The notes below the pieces were generated by a model, which worked only from the letters and a program-made list of their open reading frames with translations, ran no database searches and was not told where the DNA came from. Positions 1 through 13,783 of a stretch of 64,000 nt of DNA are shown piece by piece (the stretch's first letter is position 1; every line of letters begins with the position of its first letter). A program made the position numbers and the translations under genes. Source of the DNA: Octopus sinensis (lineage: Eukaryota); NCBI RefSeq assembly GCF_006345805.1, contig NC_043004.1, forward strand, positions 6,820,001 through 6,884,000, given 5' to 3'.

Positions 1-1530
1 GTATACTACATATACATGAACAGATCTGCTTGTATTTGGGTATATAGACTCGTCTTTGAACTGGCTGTAATATCCAATAAACAACTGTAATTGACTCTCA
101 CTCACTCACTCATATATATATACATATATATATACACACACACACATACATCCATACACACACACACACACACACACAATTATGGTTGTTTATTGGTTAT
201 CACAGCCAGTTCAAAGATTAGTTTATATGCCTACATATACGTGTGTGTGTGTTCTGCCTTCTACAGTCAATAATTCATACAATAAACAATGGGTATGTGG
301 AAACACCATGGTAATATTCCACATCTAAGTTTAATCTATTTACTTATTATGAATGATAGTAGATTGCTGATAGTATTGATATATAACTTGAGTTAGTAAT
401 TAGTATAGCTGCAGTGGTATTTATAGAGCACATTTCATAGTACTAGTGGCTTGCAGTGGTATTCATATAGTAGAATTCATAGAACTAGTGGTGGTACTTG
501 TATAATGATGAAGATGATGATGGTGATAGTAGTTTAGTAATCACATCGTCATAGTCATAGTAGTGGTGATAGCAGAGTAGAACAGTAATAATAGATGTGT
601 TTAGTGGTAAGTAATTATTCCAACAGTAGTGGTAATAATAAATCAAAGAAACCGTCTACTCTTGGGAATTCTGTCCACCTGCCAATGACCATTAAGAATT
701 TAGAGCAAAAGGGTTGTAGAAGACTTTATGTGACTATTCTCCATAAATTATTGACATACCAGTTGCCAAGAACTCTTACTATAGCAGAGAAAACTGAAAT
801 CTGGATTGATACCAGCCAAATCTCTTTTTAGCTTACTATCAGAAGCTCTTGTGATAAGAGGACAAATTGGCTATTGCCAATAGAAATCTCATTTATCAGA
901 TAACTTGTAAGCTCCATAAACCAATGAAAGATCTCCGCTCATTAGAAATCTAAAAACAAAAGGATCAAAGTGAATGGATGGCATATATGAAACACAGCAG
1001 AAGCAAACCTGTTTAATGGTTAAATCTTCACAGGAAGCAATACAAAAGTGCTCAGTAAATTAGAAACTGAAGTCTATAACTGCAGTTCTTGCTGCCACTA
1101 CCGCTACAGCTGCTGCCACCACCACCACCACCACTAATAATAATAATGATAATACTAATAAACAGTTTACGTTTTAAAAGTAGAACATGCACTGAAGTGA
1201 TACATCGAGGTGATATTTAATTAATGTACACAAATCATGATTCAGAGAAATGTATTAAATCAATTTGGTTCAGTCCCTTTATCATATGTCTTCCAAACAG
1301 AAAATTGTAACTTTTCTTGATCCATATTATAACCAGAGAATTATATATATCTTACTTCACACCTCACTGCCTTGTATATATCATGGCTACACAATAAAGG
1401 CTATGTTTCTGCTGCATGCATCATATAAATCTGTCATCTAGATGGTAGGAAAGAATTATCTGTTGCCAGCAAGAAATTTCTTCTGAATTTACTAGAAATG
1501 ATGGGGAAAAGGAAAAAAAGAAAAATTCAA

Positions 1531-1750
1531 CCTTTTAGCATACAGATTATTCTGTCAAATGTAATGTATATTTATTTCACATTGTTTTGAATTAATCATT
1601 CATTATCTTGTGACTTTGAGATTTCGATGATGTGATTGTTTCTTTTTAGAATGACAGTGTAGGATAGGTGTGAGAGACTGAATCTGGCTGGTTTGAACAG
1701 AAAACAGATAGAATATTTGAGCTAAACATGGCTGTTTAAGTGTTAAAGGG
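1531..1750. mobile_element. TTAA-type (piggyBac-like) MITE, degenerate
   Basis: Left end CCTTTTAGCA and right end TGTTAAAGGG form an imperfect TIR. TTAA follows at 1751-1754 and a degenerate TCAA precedes at 1527-1530. No coding capacity. Confidence 0.5.
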
Positions 1751-2029
1751 TTAATGTCTACTATTGGTCATAAATTATCATTTAAGGTGACTTCATAAAA
1801 CATTGAATACAGAACATTGACAGATTGGATTATAAATTGAAGCATCTGATAATTAAAATATGCATTATAAAAATTTCATTTCTATACAGAAATGCAATGA
1901 AAATGGAATTATAAAAAATGTATAATGACAAGTAATAGCCAATAGACCAGAAAAGATTTAAAAAATAAATACTTGAATTGAAGCTGTTAAAGTTGATATT
2001 CCAGACTTTATAACAAACAACAATAGAAA

Positions 2030-2240
2030 CACCATCATCACCATTTAATGTCCCCTTTTCTATGCTGGCACGGGTTGGACAGTTCAACAGGAACAAACCA
2101 GAGGGCTGTGTTGAGTCCCAGTGTCTGCTTTGGCATAGTTTCTACAGCTGGATGCCCTTTCTAATGTCAATCAGTTTACAGAATGTACAGGGTGCTTTTT
2201 TTGTAGCACCAGCACCAGTGAGGTAACCAATTACTCCTAA
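2030..2240 (-). mobile_element. RTE LINE 3'-tail fragment
   Basis: Begins with (CAT)n and matches the 3' end of the RTE at 49974-50200 (ccatgct..gggttggac; tttctacagctggatgccctt). Confidence 0.7.
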
Positions 2241-2336
2241 GACAAGATCCTCTTAACTTTAACTGAGTTGGGTATAGTACTGAAGGATGTGAAAGTATAA
2301 TAGAAGGGACAGGGGCAGTGAAAGTATAATAGAAGG

Positions 2337-2566
2337 GAAGGTGGCGAGTTGGCAGAAATGTTAGCACGCCGGGCAAAATACTTAGTGGTATTTCGTCTGC
2401 CGCTACGTTCTGAGTTCAAATTCTGCCGAGGTTGACTTTGCGGTTCATCCTTTCGGGGTCGATTAAATAAGTACCAGTTACATACTGGGGTCGATATAAT
2501 CAACTTAATCTGTTTGCCCTTGTTTATCCCCTCTGTGTGTAGCCCCTCGTGGGCAGTAAAGAAATA
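2337..2566 (+). mobile_element. tRNA-derived SINE, family 1, tail type A
   Basis: A-box-like TGGCAGAAATG, B-box GAGTTCAAATTC, core TCATCCTTTCGGGGTCGAT..AAGTACCAG and tail ending GTAAAGAAATA. Near-identical copies at 9323 and 19135. Confidence 0.85.
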
Positions 2567-3479
2567 AGAAGGGACAGGGGCAGGCCTTGCTGAAGAAGTG
2601 AATACATAGTTTCCTCAGCTGGAAAGATGGAATACATGCCCTCAAAATACAAGGTAAATGTGAGAGAGAGATCAGGGACAGAGGAACAGAAACAGTATGG
2701 GTAAGTAAGTGTGGCAGGATGTGAAAAGAGTGTAGCAGATGATTAAAGATGGGGATTTAGGTGGATGCAGTGAATATCAGTTTAAAAGAGAGCAAGTGAG
2801 GACATTTTTCAGAACTGACCAGCTTTGCCTTTGAGATAAACCTAATAAATTTATCAGATGAAAGTTAACATACCAATGGAATATTCATAAAAATGTTAAC
2901 AAATATACAACATTAAGAAACTTCTATTGCTAATAAGATAAACCATGCATTTGTGTTAGAATAGACACTATCCATTTGTATATGCCACATTTCTGCAGAA
3001 AAAAAAATTATACAAATTAATGTCACTGAATGTAACATTATGAACTGTGATCTAGTTGCAGTTCATTGTAATTCAATCTCAATATCACTGAACATCTATT
3101 TTCAGTCAATCATATTTTGCAAGTGACAACTTAAAAGCTTATCTCCTTCAGCACAGTAGGTCATAAAAACTAGCTACTTTCTATTAGTGGCCCAAAATAT
3201 TAACTGTCCTAGAGAAGGAAAATAAGCAGCATCAAGTCTTAAAAGACATTGATCAAAACAGAAACTTCTCCCCATTTTTAATTATAATGTTGTTTTCTCT
3301 TTAGTAAGACATTTGAACATAGAGGATTATACTAAGATTTCAAAAGTTTATCCAAACAGATTAAAAGAAAAAAAATGTACATAATGGCAATTTTCAAAAA
3401 CAAATTTAGCTGATGAGAAAATTTACAATTAAATGACTTTTGGTTTTTGTTTACCATATGGTAATAATTTGGCATACAG

Positions 3480-3551
3480 ATATCAAATCTTAAAGACTTT
3501 TTTCATAAAGCAATATCTTCCTACAGAGTTCTGTGTTAATCTCAGATTAAG
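3480..3551 (+). CDS. Possible isolated 72-nt exon (YQILKTFFIKQYLPTEFCVNLRL), unassigned
   Basis: Acceptor TACAG, strong donor AAG|GTGAGT, one open frame, symmetric phase. No recognisable homology; could be chance. Confidence 0.15.
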
Positions 3552-4835
3552 GTGAGTTAATTTCTCTTCTTTATTGATTTCATAAACCTTTTGAACACAA
3601 ATTTATAAAATGAACAGCCTATTTTAATCAAACTTGAAATTAATAAGACATCTAAACACTACTACCACCACCAGCACCCCATGAAAAAGGATTGAAAACA
3701 ATAATGATCGACAAAAATCTACAAAGAGAATTTAGAAGTTAATTAAGGGGTGGGGATGTTGAACAACAAACCATAAACTATTTTGAAACAAAAAATTTAG
3801 GTTCGTAGTTAACTAAAAACAACAACAACAGCAGCAAATAGTTTATTCTGGAGAAAACATTCTTGGTTAAAATTGAAAATCTCTTTTCTACATGAAACAA
3901 GTTAAAAATAGCAAATTAAAACAACTAGAGATGGAAAGTTTTACATGATGTAATGATAGAAATGAGTTTTGTTTCAAATAATAATTTCCATGGTGTGATT
4001 ACATGATTAAAATCTTTTCAGATGAACGCATAACTGGCTCTAGAAATGATTCACTCAAATTAACTTTAAAGAAAACAAAGAAAAAAGGATCCAGTAAATT
4101 GCACTTAAATACCTTTTAGGACAATACAAAATAAGACTGCTTACAAAAGGATAGTATGTAGTTGGGACTACATAATTACACTGTCCTTTTGAGGTAGTTC
4201 AAACAAAAAAGTATCTCTGAAACCCTCAAAATTATTTTTAATATGAAGAGAATACCATATTTTCAGTTTTAAACTACTGAAAACGAGTACAATTGCGGGA
4301 GGAAAACAGAACTTTCTGAATGTTAAAAGTAAATCAGAATTGCTGGTTTCGTCTCAAGCACTTAATTAGCTTTGATTTTGTATGTAATTGTCAAACTAAT
4401 GAGCCAAAATTTCTTTCTGGAATCAAAACTTTATTCATCAAATGACAGTCAATGTATTTGATGATAAATATTTTCTTGTCTACCAGTGGAGATGGGACTT
4501 GTTATGACCTTGATTTTATCACAAGCTCAAAGTAAGGAGTTTGTAAAGTATAAACAGGGGATATACCACACTCCAATGATGTCTTCAAATAATAAGAGTT
4601 ACAATGTTTTGTCTAAATAAATACCAGATAACAACTAGGAGATGTCTTCAGATAAATTTGCCAAAAAAATTACATCAAAATTGAAAAATGTTTATTTTTA
4701 AAACTGAAATACTGGAAATGTTTTAAAAACCATTGTTCGTGAGAGAGAAGATGGTAAAGCGAAAATGAAAGATGTGGTGAGCAGAAAAAGTGTTTTGAAC
4801 TCAGTACAATTATCTTTACAACTTAATTACTTTAA

Positions 4836-5228
4836 TCATTTACTTACCATATTTCTGTGGACAACAATCTACTTTTGCTTCCGTTGATTTTGAAAATAAT
4901 AAAGATTTTAGTAAAGTAACTTTTCCAGCTCACCCACATCTTTCATTGAAGCTGCTGTTTGGAATATGAATTAATGTGAACTTTTGTTGGAATGTTTTAA
5001 TTTAGATCACTTTAAAATGGGGGAATTTGTATCATAGAACCAGAGTTGGTCCCAGACAGGCTGTTATTTATTCATTCGTCAATCCATTTTCTCTGCCCAC
5101 TGCTCCTAAGAGGCTCGTGAGGGTAAAATTCTCAGGCAACTCCTCCATAGAGTCCTATTAGCTGCAACTGTCATTACATTTTCCAGCTGTCCCAAGCATA
5201 ACTAACTGGGACTACGGTATGAAAAGGG
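4836..5228. mobile_element. TTAA-type MITE (same family as 56121-56363) containing a nested LINE 3' fragment at about 5075-5215
   Basis: Body TTACCATATTTCTGT..GAAAATAAT..AAGCTG.TGTTTGGAA..TTTAGATC is shared with the 56.1 kb copy. Right end AAAAGGG|TTAA. The insert resembles 53710-53850. Confidence 0.55.
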
Positions 5229-6334
5229 TTAAATATGAAAATGTGGTGTGGTATGTCAAGAGAGAGGGTGATGTAACTTGAAAAAACAAAACCATTTATT
5301 TCAGTGAAATCAAAAGTATGCATAAATATGCATCTGTGTCCATTAGTTTTGGACAGTAAGAAACCTTATCCATATGCCAAATGCCAAAGTAATTTGGGGT
5401 CTGTGACTCAGTGTTGTGAGAATTATATATCCGTATTTCCTATCATAATTGATCCCAAATAGAGTATTTACTCTAGAGCCAATAGTGCAATAACCAAAAA
5501 GTATACGTTCAGATTCTCTGATATTGATATTTTTACTAGCTGGTTGTCATTAGAAGTTTTTGATGTTTGGCTTAAGACTTCTCCTCTCATTTTCCTCCAT
5601 AAATAACATACAATATTCCCCTAACCTTGCTAGGAAATGTTCCGCATTTTATATTATCTTATCAAGATCAATAGCCATTGCCAAGAAGCTATGTAGCAGT
5701 AACCACTTCTAAGTAATTAAAAAAAATTATGAGAGATAGGTTGGCAAATCACCATGTAGCCTAAGTAATCTACAATCTTCAGAGTTAGTTGAAGCCAAAA
5801 ATAGAAGCAACATTTCAATTAAAGTATATATGATTAAAATTTCACCCAGAAAACAAAACAAAAAAAAATTAATGCAAATTTGCATGGATGTGAATAATTT
5901 ACTGCTGTTATTTAAAATAAAATTCGCAAAAAATTTCAAACAACCATGCTTAAATGAAGGGCAATAAAATTTTTTCTTAAACTCAACAGACACAGCCAAA
6001 TAATTGTTCAAGATTAACATTTAAGAATTCCTTAATGAAATGCAAAGAGGAGAGGGAAGAGCTAGGGAACTAGGTGTAATGTGACTGTAAAATAAAGAGA
6101 TTCCTTTTAAATATTTCCAGATTATAAGCTATAAATGTGAAGCATAAACTTAACTCTCTCCATACTGATATTATATGAAGAGAGATATTTACAAGATATG
6201 ATGGTGGTAGATGTTTTTTTTTATATATATTATGTCTTATAAAGAGCAAAACTGATCTCTGTTTCAATATATTTTTTTTTGCTTCATTTTACTAAATGAA
6301 AATAATCGATAAAATTTAAGTTCATGAAACCTAC

Positions 6335-6484
6335 TTGCTGCAAAGAAATATAGAAGCATACCAGTTATTTGGACTGCAGTCAATACAAGTCGATTTCCAA
6401 GAGAAATATTTGGCAGCCAAACATACAGTCGTCACATGATCATTGTAATCCAATAACGATTTTAAATATTTACTCAAAATTATT
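6335..6484 (-). CDS. Possible isolated exon (IILSKYLKSLLDYNDHVTTVCLAAKYFSWKSTCIDCSPNNW...), unassigned
   Basis: Acceptor CCTTGTTCAG; alternative donors GTATGC (after 6362) and GTAGGT (after 6335), both giving symmetric phase-2 exons; single open frame. No recognisable homology. Confidence 0.2.
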
Positions 6485-6532
6485 CTGAACAAGGCTACAA
6501 CATAAGAAATTAATAGTAAGATACAAAATGAA

Positions 6533-7075
6533 CACACACACGTACACAAATATACGTTATATATATATATATACAAACATATATATATACACACACACAC
6601 ACATACATACATACACATATATATATACATATATGATATATATATATATAGATATACACATATATATATGTATAGATATATACACAAATATATATATATA
6701 TCTATATACATATAGATATATACACAAATATATATATATATCTATATACATATAGATATATACACAAATATACATATATATATCTATATACACAAATATA
6801 TATATATCTATATACATATATATAGATATATACATATATATATATATACACAAATATATATATATATAGATAGATAGATAGATACACAAAAATATATATC
6901 TATATACATATAGATAGATATATACAGATAGATACACAAAAATATATATCTATATACATATAGATAGATATATACACAAAAATATATATAGATATATACA
7001 TATATATATACACAAATATATATATATACACACACACATATATATACACACACACACATATACACACACACACAT

Positions 7076-7169
<94 letters not shown>

Positions 7170-7400
7170 CACAAATACATATATACACAAATAATATATA
7201 TATATATATATATACACAAATATATATATATACATATATATATAGATATATACACAAATATATACATATATATATATACATATATATATAGATATATACA
7301 CAAATATATACATATATATATATACATGTAAGCATACATATACACATAGTTATATACACACACATATAAACACAAACACACATGCACATATATATCCCCC
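6533..7400. repeat. Compound (TA)/(CA)/(GA) microsatellite and minisatellite array
   Basis: Directly visible, with recurring TATCTATATACATATAGATATATACACAAA-type units. Confidence 0.95.
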
Positions 7401-9322
7401 ACAAACACATAAATTTGTAACAGCAACAAAATTTTACAAGTACATATTTCTAATATCTCACCAAACAACAACAAAATATATATATTAGCATGAAAATATA
7501 AAATTTATGCGTAATTCTTAACAAAATCTTGGAGTCAGTGATTTTAACTAGATTTCGTTTCTTCAAGTACACCAATTATGATAGAGAGCAGACACTGCAT
7601 TTTAAAACTTAATCTATGAAAGTGGGTTTATAGAGAAACTGGTGAAATATCAACTGCTATAAACAAGAATAAAATTAGCTTGAACAGATGCGAGTTTGTC
7701 TGAAGCTTAGTCATAGAGAGCTACTCTCAACATACATATTTGTTGATTTAAGCAAGCAGAGAGTCTTAAAGCTAGATTACACAGTATGGATAATAGTAGG
7801 ATGGAGCCAAACTTCAGATTACTATTAGTTGTCCAACATCTTACATATGTACTTTTAAACAGATGTGAAAGTGTGCTCCTTGACATGCAACACATATAAA
7901 ACTATTTGTCTATCATGTTGTATGACTTCATCAAACTATTACATATTTTATGAAGACGTCTGTATTTTGATTAATATCCTTACTATGTCTTATGACAACA
8001 TATCTTTACATATTACTGAGAAATAAGTCCACTCAGCCTCGATTAACGGATCTAATCTGAAATAATCATAAGTACTTATTTAAGGGAAAGTTGATCTTCA
8101 GTTAGGGTTCCACACAGAATTGTGAGGTACAAGTAGGTAGCACAAGCTGTCTAGTACAACTGTTTATCTTCACATCAGTACATCAGTCCGTATTATAAAG
8201 AAAGCTGCTTATTAATTATTCATGAGTATGTAACTTTTATTAAAAGAGCGCAATTATTAAAGTCTACACTGTCTAGAAAATTCATAATACTTCTAGCCCT
8301 AATATAATTCTTTTTTTTATCAAAGTCAATAATATTATAAAGAAAGCTGCTTATTAATTAGTTATAAGTATTTGAGTTGAATTTTACTAAAAAAAAAAAA
8401 AGTTATTAAAGTCTAAGAAAATACTTAAAAATTGTACTTTTAATACATTTTTATCAAAGTGTGATTTTCAAGTATCTTTTACTATTAAAGACTTCAGCTA
8501 CAGAAAACTGATTTAATTTACTGTCGAGATAGCATCTTTTTAATACCATGAGATAGTTAATGTTTCCTCTTTGTCTTTTCTCTCTCATATATTTCATGAT
8601 GCTACTTTCTTCAGACATAAAAACATTTCTCTAAATTACAAGTTAACCCAGCATCAGGCAATGTATGTTGATTCCAGTATAATTTCATATTTGTTGGATG
8701 TTTATGGAGAAATAGAAAGCTGAAGAAAAGTAGTTTTAATTTATTTATATCAATTGTACCAAATGTAAATTTGTAGTAACAATGGAAAAAAACTGAAGTT
8801 TCTAGAGTATCTATTGTGAAAGAAGCACTGAGAATATACACCATTAGGAAGTTTTTTTTAAAATCTAGTATAAAAATGAAGACCATTTGAATAAGAGAAA
8901 GTGGTCATTGCTAAAACTACATGAAAGTTTCAGATAAAAGTTGAATAAGATTTAGAACTCAAAATTACTAGTTGTAATTCATTCCTAAAAGCAACATAGT
9001 CTAGAACAAAGACTGAAAATTGCAGGGGGAAATTATCATAAGAACAGTGACCATTATGAGGAAATAGGCAGATAGTTAGTCTACAATCAAATGCAAGAAA
9101 CAGAGAACAAAGTTGTAGCCAAGCTCTTATTCCTTAGTGAAACAAAAATGTGATTGAAACATTTCTTTCTCTCTTTTCCCTAAAAGGCTCTATTTCCCAT
9201 GCTTATCTCCTTTTATTGCAGTACCAATTACAAAGGAAACATTTTTTTAAAAAAAGGAAAAAAAAAAAACAACAGAAAGACTTTATATGTCAGAAGTATA
9301 AATCAGAAGAAGTATAAATTAA

Positions 9323-9563
9323 GAAGGCGGTGAGCTGGCAGAAACGTTACCCCCCCCCCCCCACCGGCGAAATAGTTAGCGGTATTTCGTCTGCCGTTAC
9401 ATTCTGAGTTCAAATTCAACCAACGTCGACTTTGCCTTTCATCCTTTCGGGGTCGATAAATTAAGTACCAGTTATGCACTGGGGTCGATGTAATCAACTT
9501 AACCCCTTTGTCTGTCCTTGTTTGTCCTATCTATGTTTAGCCCCTTGTGGGCAATAAAGAAAT
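9323..9563 (+). mobile_element. tRNA-derived SINE, family 1, tail type A
   Basis: Same head, core and tail as 2337-2566 and 19135-19368. Confidence 0.85.
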
Positions 9564-9647
9564 CAGTAATTTTGTATTATTTATTCTTTCTGTTTTATTT
9601 ACTAATGAAAATTTTAGTTCGAAATTTTTTTAATATAATGTATGCAC

Positions 9648-9903
9648 AGAGATGGCTGTGTGATTAAGAAGCGTGCTTTGTAGTCACATGGTTTTGGATT
9701 CAGTTCCATTGCACAACACCTCAGGCAAGTGTCTTCTACTATAGTCTCATGCTGACCAATGCCTTGAGAGAATATGGCAGGCAAAATCTTGGTTTATCTA
9801 TGTCTTTGTAACTTAGCACCAAAGTTAAAAATAAGTACTGGAGTGAACTCTTCAATGTGGCATTGCAGCATGGCCACAGTCCAGTGAATAAATGATAAAA
9901 GAA
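9648..9903 (+). mobile_element. tRNA-derived SINE, family 2 (internally deleted)
   Basis: Head ATGGCTGTGTGATTAAGAAG..TTCAGTTCCA, core CCTCAGGCAAGTGTCTTCTACTATAG, tail CAGCATGGCCACAGTC. Confidence 0.75.
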
Positions 9904-10491
9904 TATATATAAAATTATCAGCAATGCTCATAAAGTAAATAATAAATGGAACTATTTTTAGAAGTGAATGTTCAGCACTCCTATCTAGAATGAGAAGGCT
10001 TCAATCACTGAAGTAATAATTCTAGAAATACAAATTATCTCATTCCTACAGTTAATTTAAAGAAATATTTAATACATGATAACACAAATAATAATAATAA
10101 TAATAATAATAAAGAATCTAATGAAGAATTATATGCAATGACCCTTCATTCAAAATTGCTGTGCGTTATTTCGTATAAGATGATATTTCCAAAATCTAGT
10201 GGATTTTATTCCTTTAGTTGTGTACTTTGTACCCATTACTTCTACCTGATTTAAATACTAAAACAAATCCAAGTTAATAACAAACATATGCACGCATTAA
10301 TATGTGTATGAATGCAAGCAAGATAGATGCACACATCAAACAGTAGAGAGAAATAAAACTATTATCTTTAACTTGCACACTTCCATTTCGAGGCAAAGAG
10401 AAAGGAGAGTAGTGAAGTTGAGGAGAATAACAATGAAAACTATGGACGCTCAATTATCCTGAAGAAACCTTTGTGCAAATATGTGTTTGTG

Positions 10492-10760
10492 CATCATCAT
10501 CATCATCGTTTAACGTCTGCTTTCCATGCTAGCATGAGTTGGACAATTTGACTGAGGTCTGGCGAACCAGATGGCTGCACCAGGCTCCAATCTGATCTGG
10601 AAGAGTTTTTACAGCTGGAGTGTAGTGGGTGCTTTTACGTGCCACTGGCACGAGGGCCAGTCAGGCAGTACTGGCAACGGCCACGCTCAAATGGTGCTTT
10701 TTACATGCCACCTGCACAGGAGCCAGTCCAGCGGCACTGGCAACAACCTCGCTCAAATGT
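10492..10760 (-). mobile_element. RTE LINE 3'-tail fragment
   Basis: (CAT)n followed by TTTAACGTC..CCATGCTAGCATG; aligns by eye with 49974-50400. Confidence 0.8.
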
Positions 10761-11480
10761 GTGTGTGTAGGTATGTATGTATATATAGTACTTCATGTCT
10801 GCACAGTTAGGTGTACAACTGCTACTGGTGAATTTAAAGCCCCATGTAGAGTGTCATCACCAGTAAAGTGTCTATTTCCAATAAATACTGTTGTATTTAG
10901 TGGTATTACTAGTTATAATATAAAGAGCAAATGTAGAAAACAGTACGATAAACACAGGTGCAGTTTACACCATTTATACAGTGGCATATTTCATCATCGT
11001 GGCTAATTGCATCCTCTGCAGTGGGTGTTCATAGTGAAATTGGATGCAGATCCACAGCAGTCCATCAGGGGAACACTTCATTGCATTGCACATCAAGCTT
11101 GTGTGTGTGTATAAGCACATATATAGGGCTGGATATCCAATGACCTTAATGATGAAAATTTGGTTGTTCAATCAACTGGGTTACCTGTTTCTTGAATTAA
11201 GAGTGTTAAGTAGCTGAGCATTCAACAAACATGTATAATAATGCAGTTCCCAGGCAGAAACAGCATGGCAGTGTAAAACAAGTCTGTACCCCTTTAATTA
11301 CAAGTGCAATCAATCTCAGAGGCTTCTATACAGTTGCCATCTACCCAATTCCACAAGTTATACAAAATGATATTTGCTGAAGGTGCCATGCAGTGGGATC
11401 AAATCTTGGATTTTGTGGTCCTGAAGTGAACCTCTAAATAATTTAACCCAACTGCTCCTACACATACACACACACACACA

Positions 11481-11700
11481 CATCATCATCATTTTAATGT
11501 GCACATTTCAATATTTGCATGGCTTGGACAGAATTTGTTGAGGCAGATTTTCTACAACCCAATGCCATTCCTATCACCAACCCTAAGCTGTTCCCAAGCG
11601 AGGTAATATTTCCTCATGACCAGACATGTTTTTGCAGGATATTGGAAATCAATGACACTGCTTCTATCACAGTGGATATAAGAGCTGAATTATTGACTGT
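11481..11700 (-). mobile_element. Short retroposon (RTE-like (CAT)n tail, second family)
   Basis: Recurrent GAATTTGTTGAGGCAGATTTTCT..CCAAGCGAGGTAATATTT motif. Related copies near 27930-28145, 46025-46270, 47940-48160, 49470-49710 and 55600-55820. Confidence 0.65.
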
Positions 11701-11982
11701 CCAATTGCAAAATTTTCTTGGACAATCAACAGTACAAAACAGAACCACCACCTAACATCATTTATCTAATTACAGATGAGTTATCATATTGCTAATTTTT
11801 GCTCCTTTTAACAATTTCAAAGGTATTTTGCTGTTGTTGTTTTCTTTTGCATGAGGGTGGTTGATTATTTTGATTCTATGTTCTTTAAATAACCTATGTA
11901 TCATGTGATGGCTGAGTACTCCAACATTACTTAAGCTAGATGTTGAGCTGTAGTATTGTTCACTGGATAAAGACTTTGATAT

Positions 11983-12375
11983 TACTCTTTACTTGTTTCA
12001 GTCATTTGACTGCATCCATGCTGGAGCACTGCCTTTAGTCAAGCAAATCAACCCCAGGACTTATTCTTTGTAAGCCTAGTACTTATTCTATCAGTCTCTT
12101 TTGCCGAATCACTAAGTTATGGGGACGTAAACACACCAACATCAGTTGTCAAGCAATGTTGGGGGGGACAAACACAGACACAAACACACATATATATACA
12201 TACATACATACGACGGGCTTCTTTCAGTTTCCGTCTACCAAATCCACTCACAAGGCTTTGGTCGGCCCGAGGCTATAGTAGAAGACACTTGTCCAAGGTG
12301 CCACACAGTGGGACTGAACCTGGAACCATGTGGTTGGTAAGCAAGCTACTTACCAGACAGCCACTCCTGCACCTA
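11983..12375 (-). mobile_element. tRNA-derived SINE, family 2, full length
   Basis: Complete head-core-(TA/CA)-tail organisation; matches 22935-23295 and 38918-39297. Confidence 0.9.
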
Positions 12376-12642
12376 CGTGGATCTTTTATCATTGCTCCCA
12401 ATGATACACACAAGACATATTTTTGGCCATGTAACAGACACGTGCTTTAATTTGGACTATCTGTTCCTTCCTCTTTCTTTTCTCTGAACCTTTCCTCTAT
12501 CCAATGAAGAGCCATGCTTGAAACACCATTTCTACTCCAATTCTTCCACCTAAAATTTTCACTGAGCTTTAATCTAATATATTCACTGGGTATGTTCAAT
12601 TGACTTTGTATTTTCCTATTTTTTGTTCGTGGATTTGCCTCT

Positions 12643-12885
12643 GTCTGTGTGTGTGTGTGTGTGTGTGTTAGTGTGTGTGTCCCCACATCACTGCTTGACA
12701 ACCAGTGTTGGTGTGTTTACATCCTCGTAAATTAGCAGTTCTGCAAAAGAGACCAATAGAATAAGTGGTAGACTTAAAAAAAAAGCCCTGGATTGATTTG
12801 TTTGACTAAAACCCTTCAAGGTGGTGCTCCAGCATGGCCAAAGTCAAATGATAAACAATTCAAAGAATCAAAGAATAAAAGAATA
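12643..12885 (+). mobile_element. SINE family 2, 3' half
   Basis: GCTTGACAACC..TTGGTGTGTTTAC..GCAAAAGAGACC..GGTGGTGCTCCAGCATGGCC; inverted relative to 11983-12375. Confidence 0.8.
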
Positions 12886-13659
12886 TATACACACATACAC
12901 ACTATGTGTGTGTGTGTGTACAGTTGATGTTCTACTGCAACTGATGAATTTAGAGCTCCACATAGAGTATCATCATCCAGTGTACTTCTAAAGTGGTATG
13001 GTTACTAATATATTTACTAGTATTACAGTTCTGAGCAAATACAGAGCAAAATACAGTGGAAAATATGATTAAACTAAACACGCAGTTTATAATCAAAACT
13101 TGCTTGTCTTGAAGAACCATTGTGGGTTTGTATCCAAATGCACTAAGAACACCCACTCCAGAGGGAAGTAAATAGCTACAATGGCAAAATGTATATAGGG
13201 AACAAATGGTATAAACTGCACGTATTGTGTTATCATATTTTTTCTTTTATATTTAGCAGTTTAGTCAAAGATGAAACCTGATTGAGTAGGACTACGATCA
13301 AAGGTATTCCAACCATGACCATCACATCTTATTAGAGATATGTTGAGAATTACATTTCTCAAGACTCCAGTGAGTAATCTGAGAAACATTTAGCTGCTAT
13401 TTCCATCAGGTTGAGACAATAGTAGAATGTATCAACATTATTATTATTATAAAACAGCGAAAGTCATACACAGGAAATTACATAAAGACAACCTTAAATC
13501 TATCAATCTGTCTGTCTCTCTCTCTCTATATGTGTGTGTGTGTATATATACATAGAGAGAGAGAGAGAGAGGGGGAGAGAGAGAGATATAACGATCACAC
13601 AACATACACAATATATTTACACACATTTACATAGATTTTAAAACTGTTTTATATATATA

Positions 13660-13751
13660 TACACACACATATAGAGATAAGTGTAGACATTTATGTGTGT
13701 GCGTGCATGTGTGCGTATATATATATATATATAATATATATATATATATAT

Positions 13752-13783
<32 letters not shown>

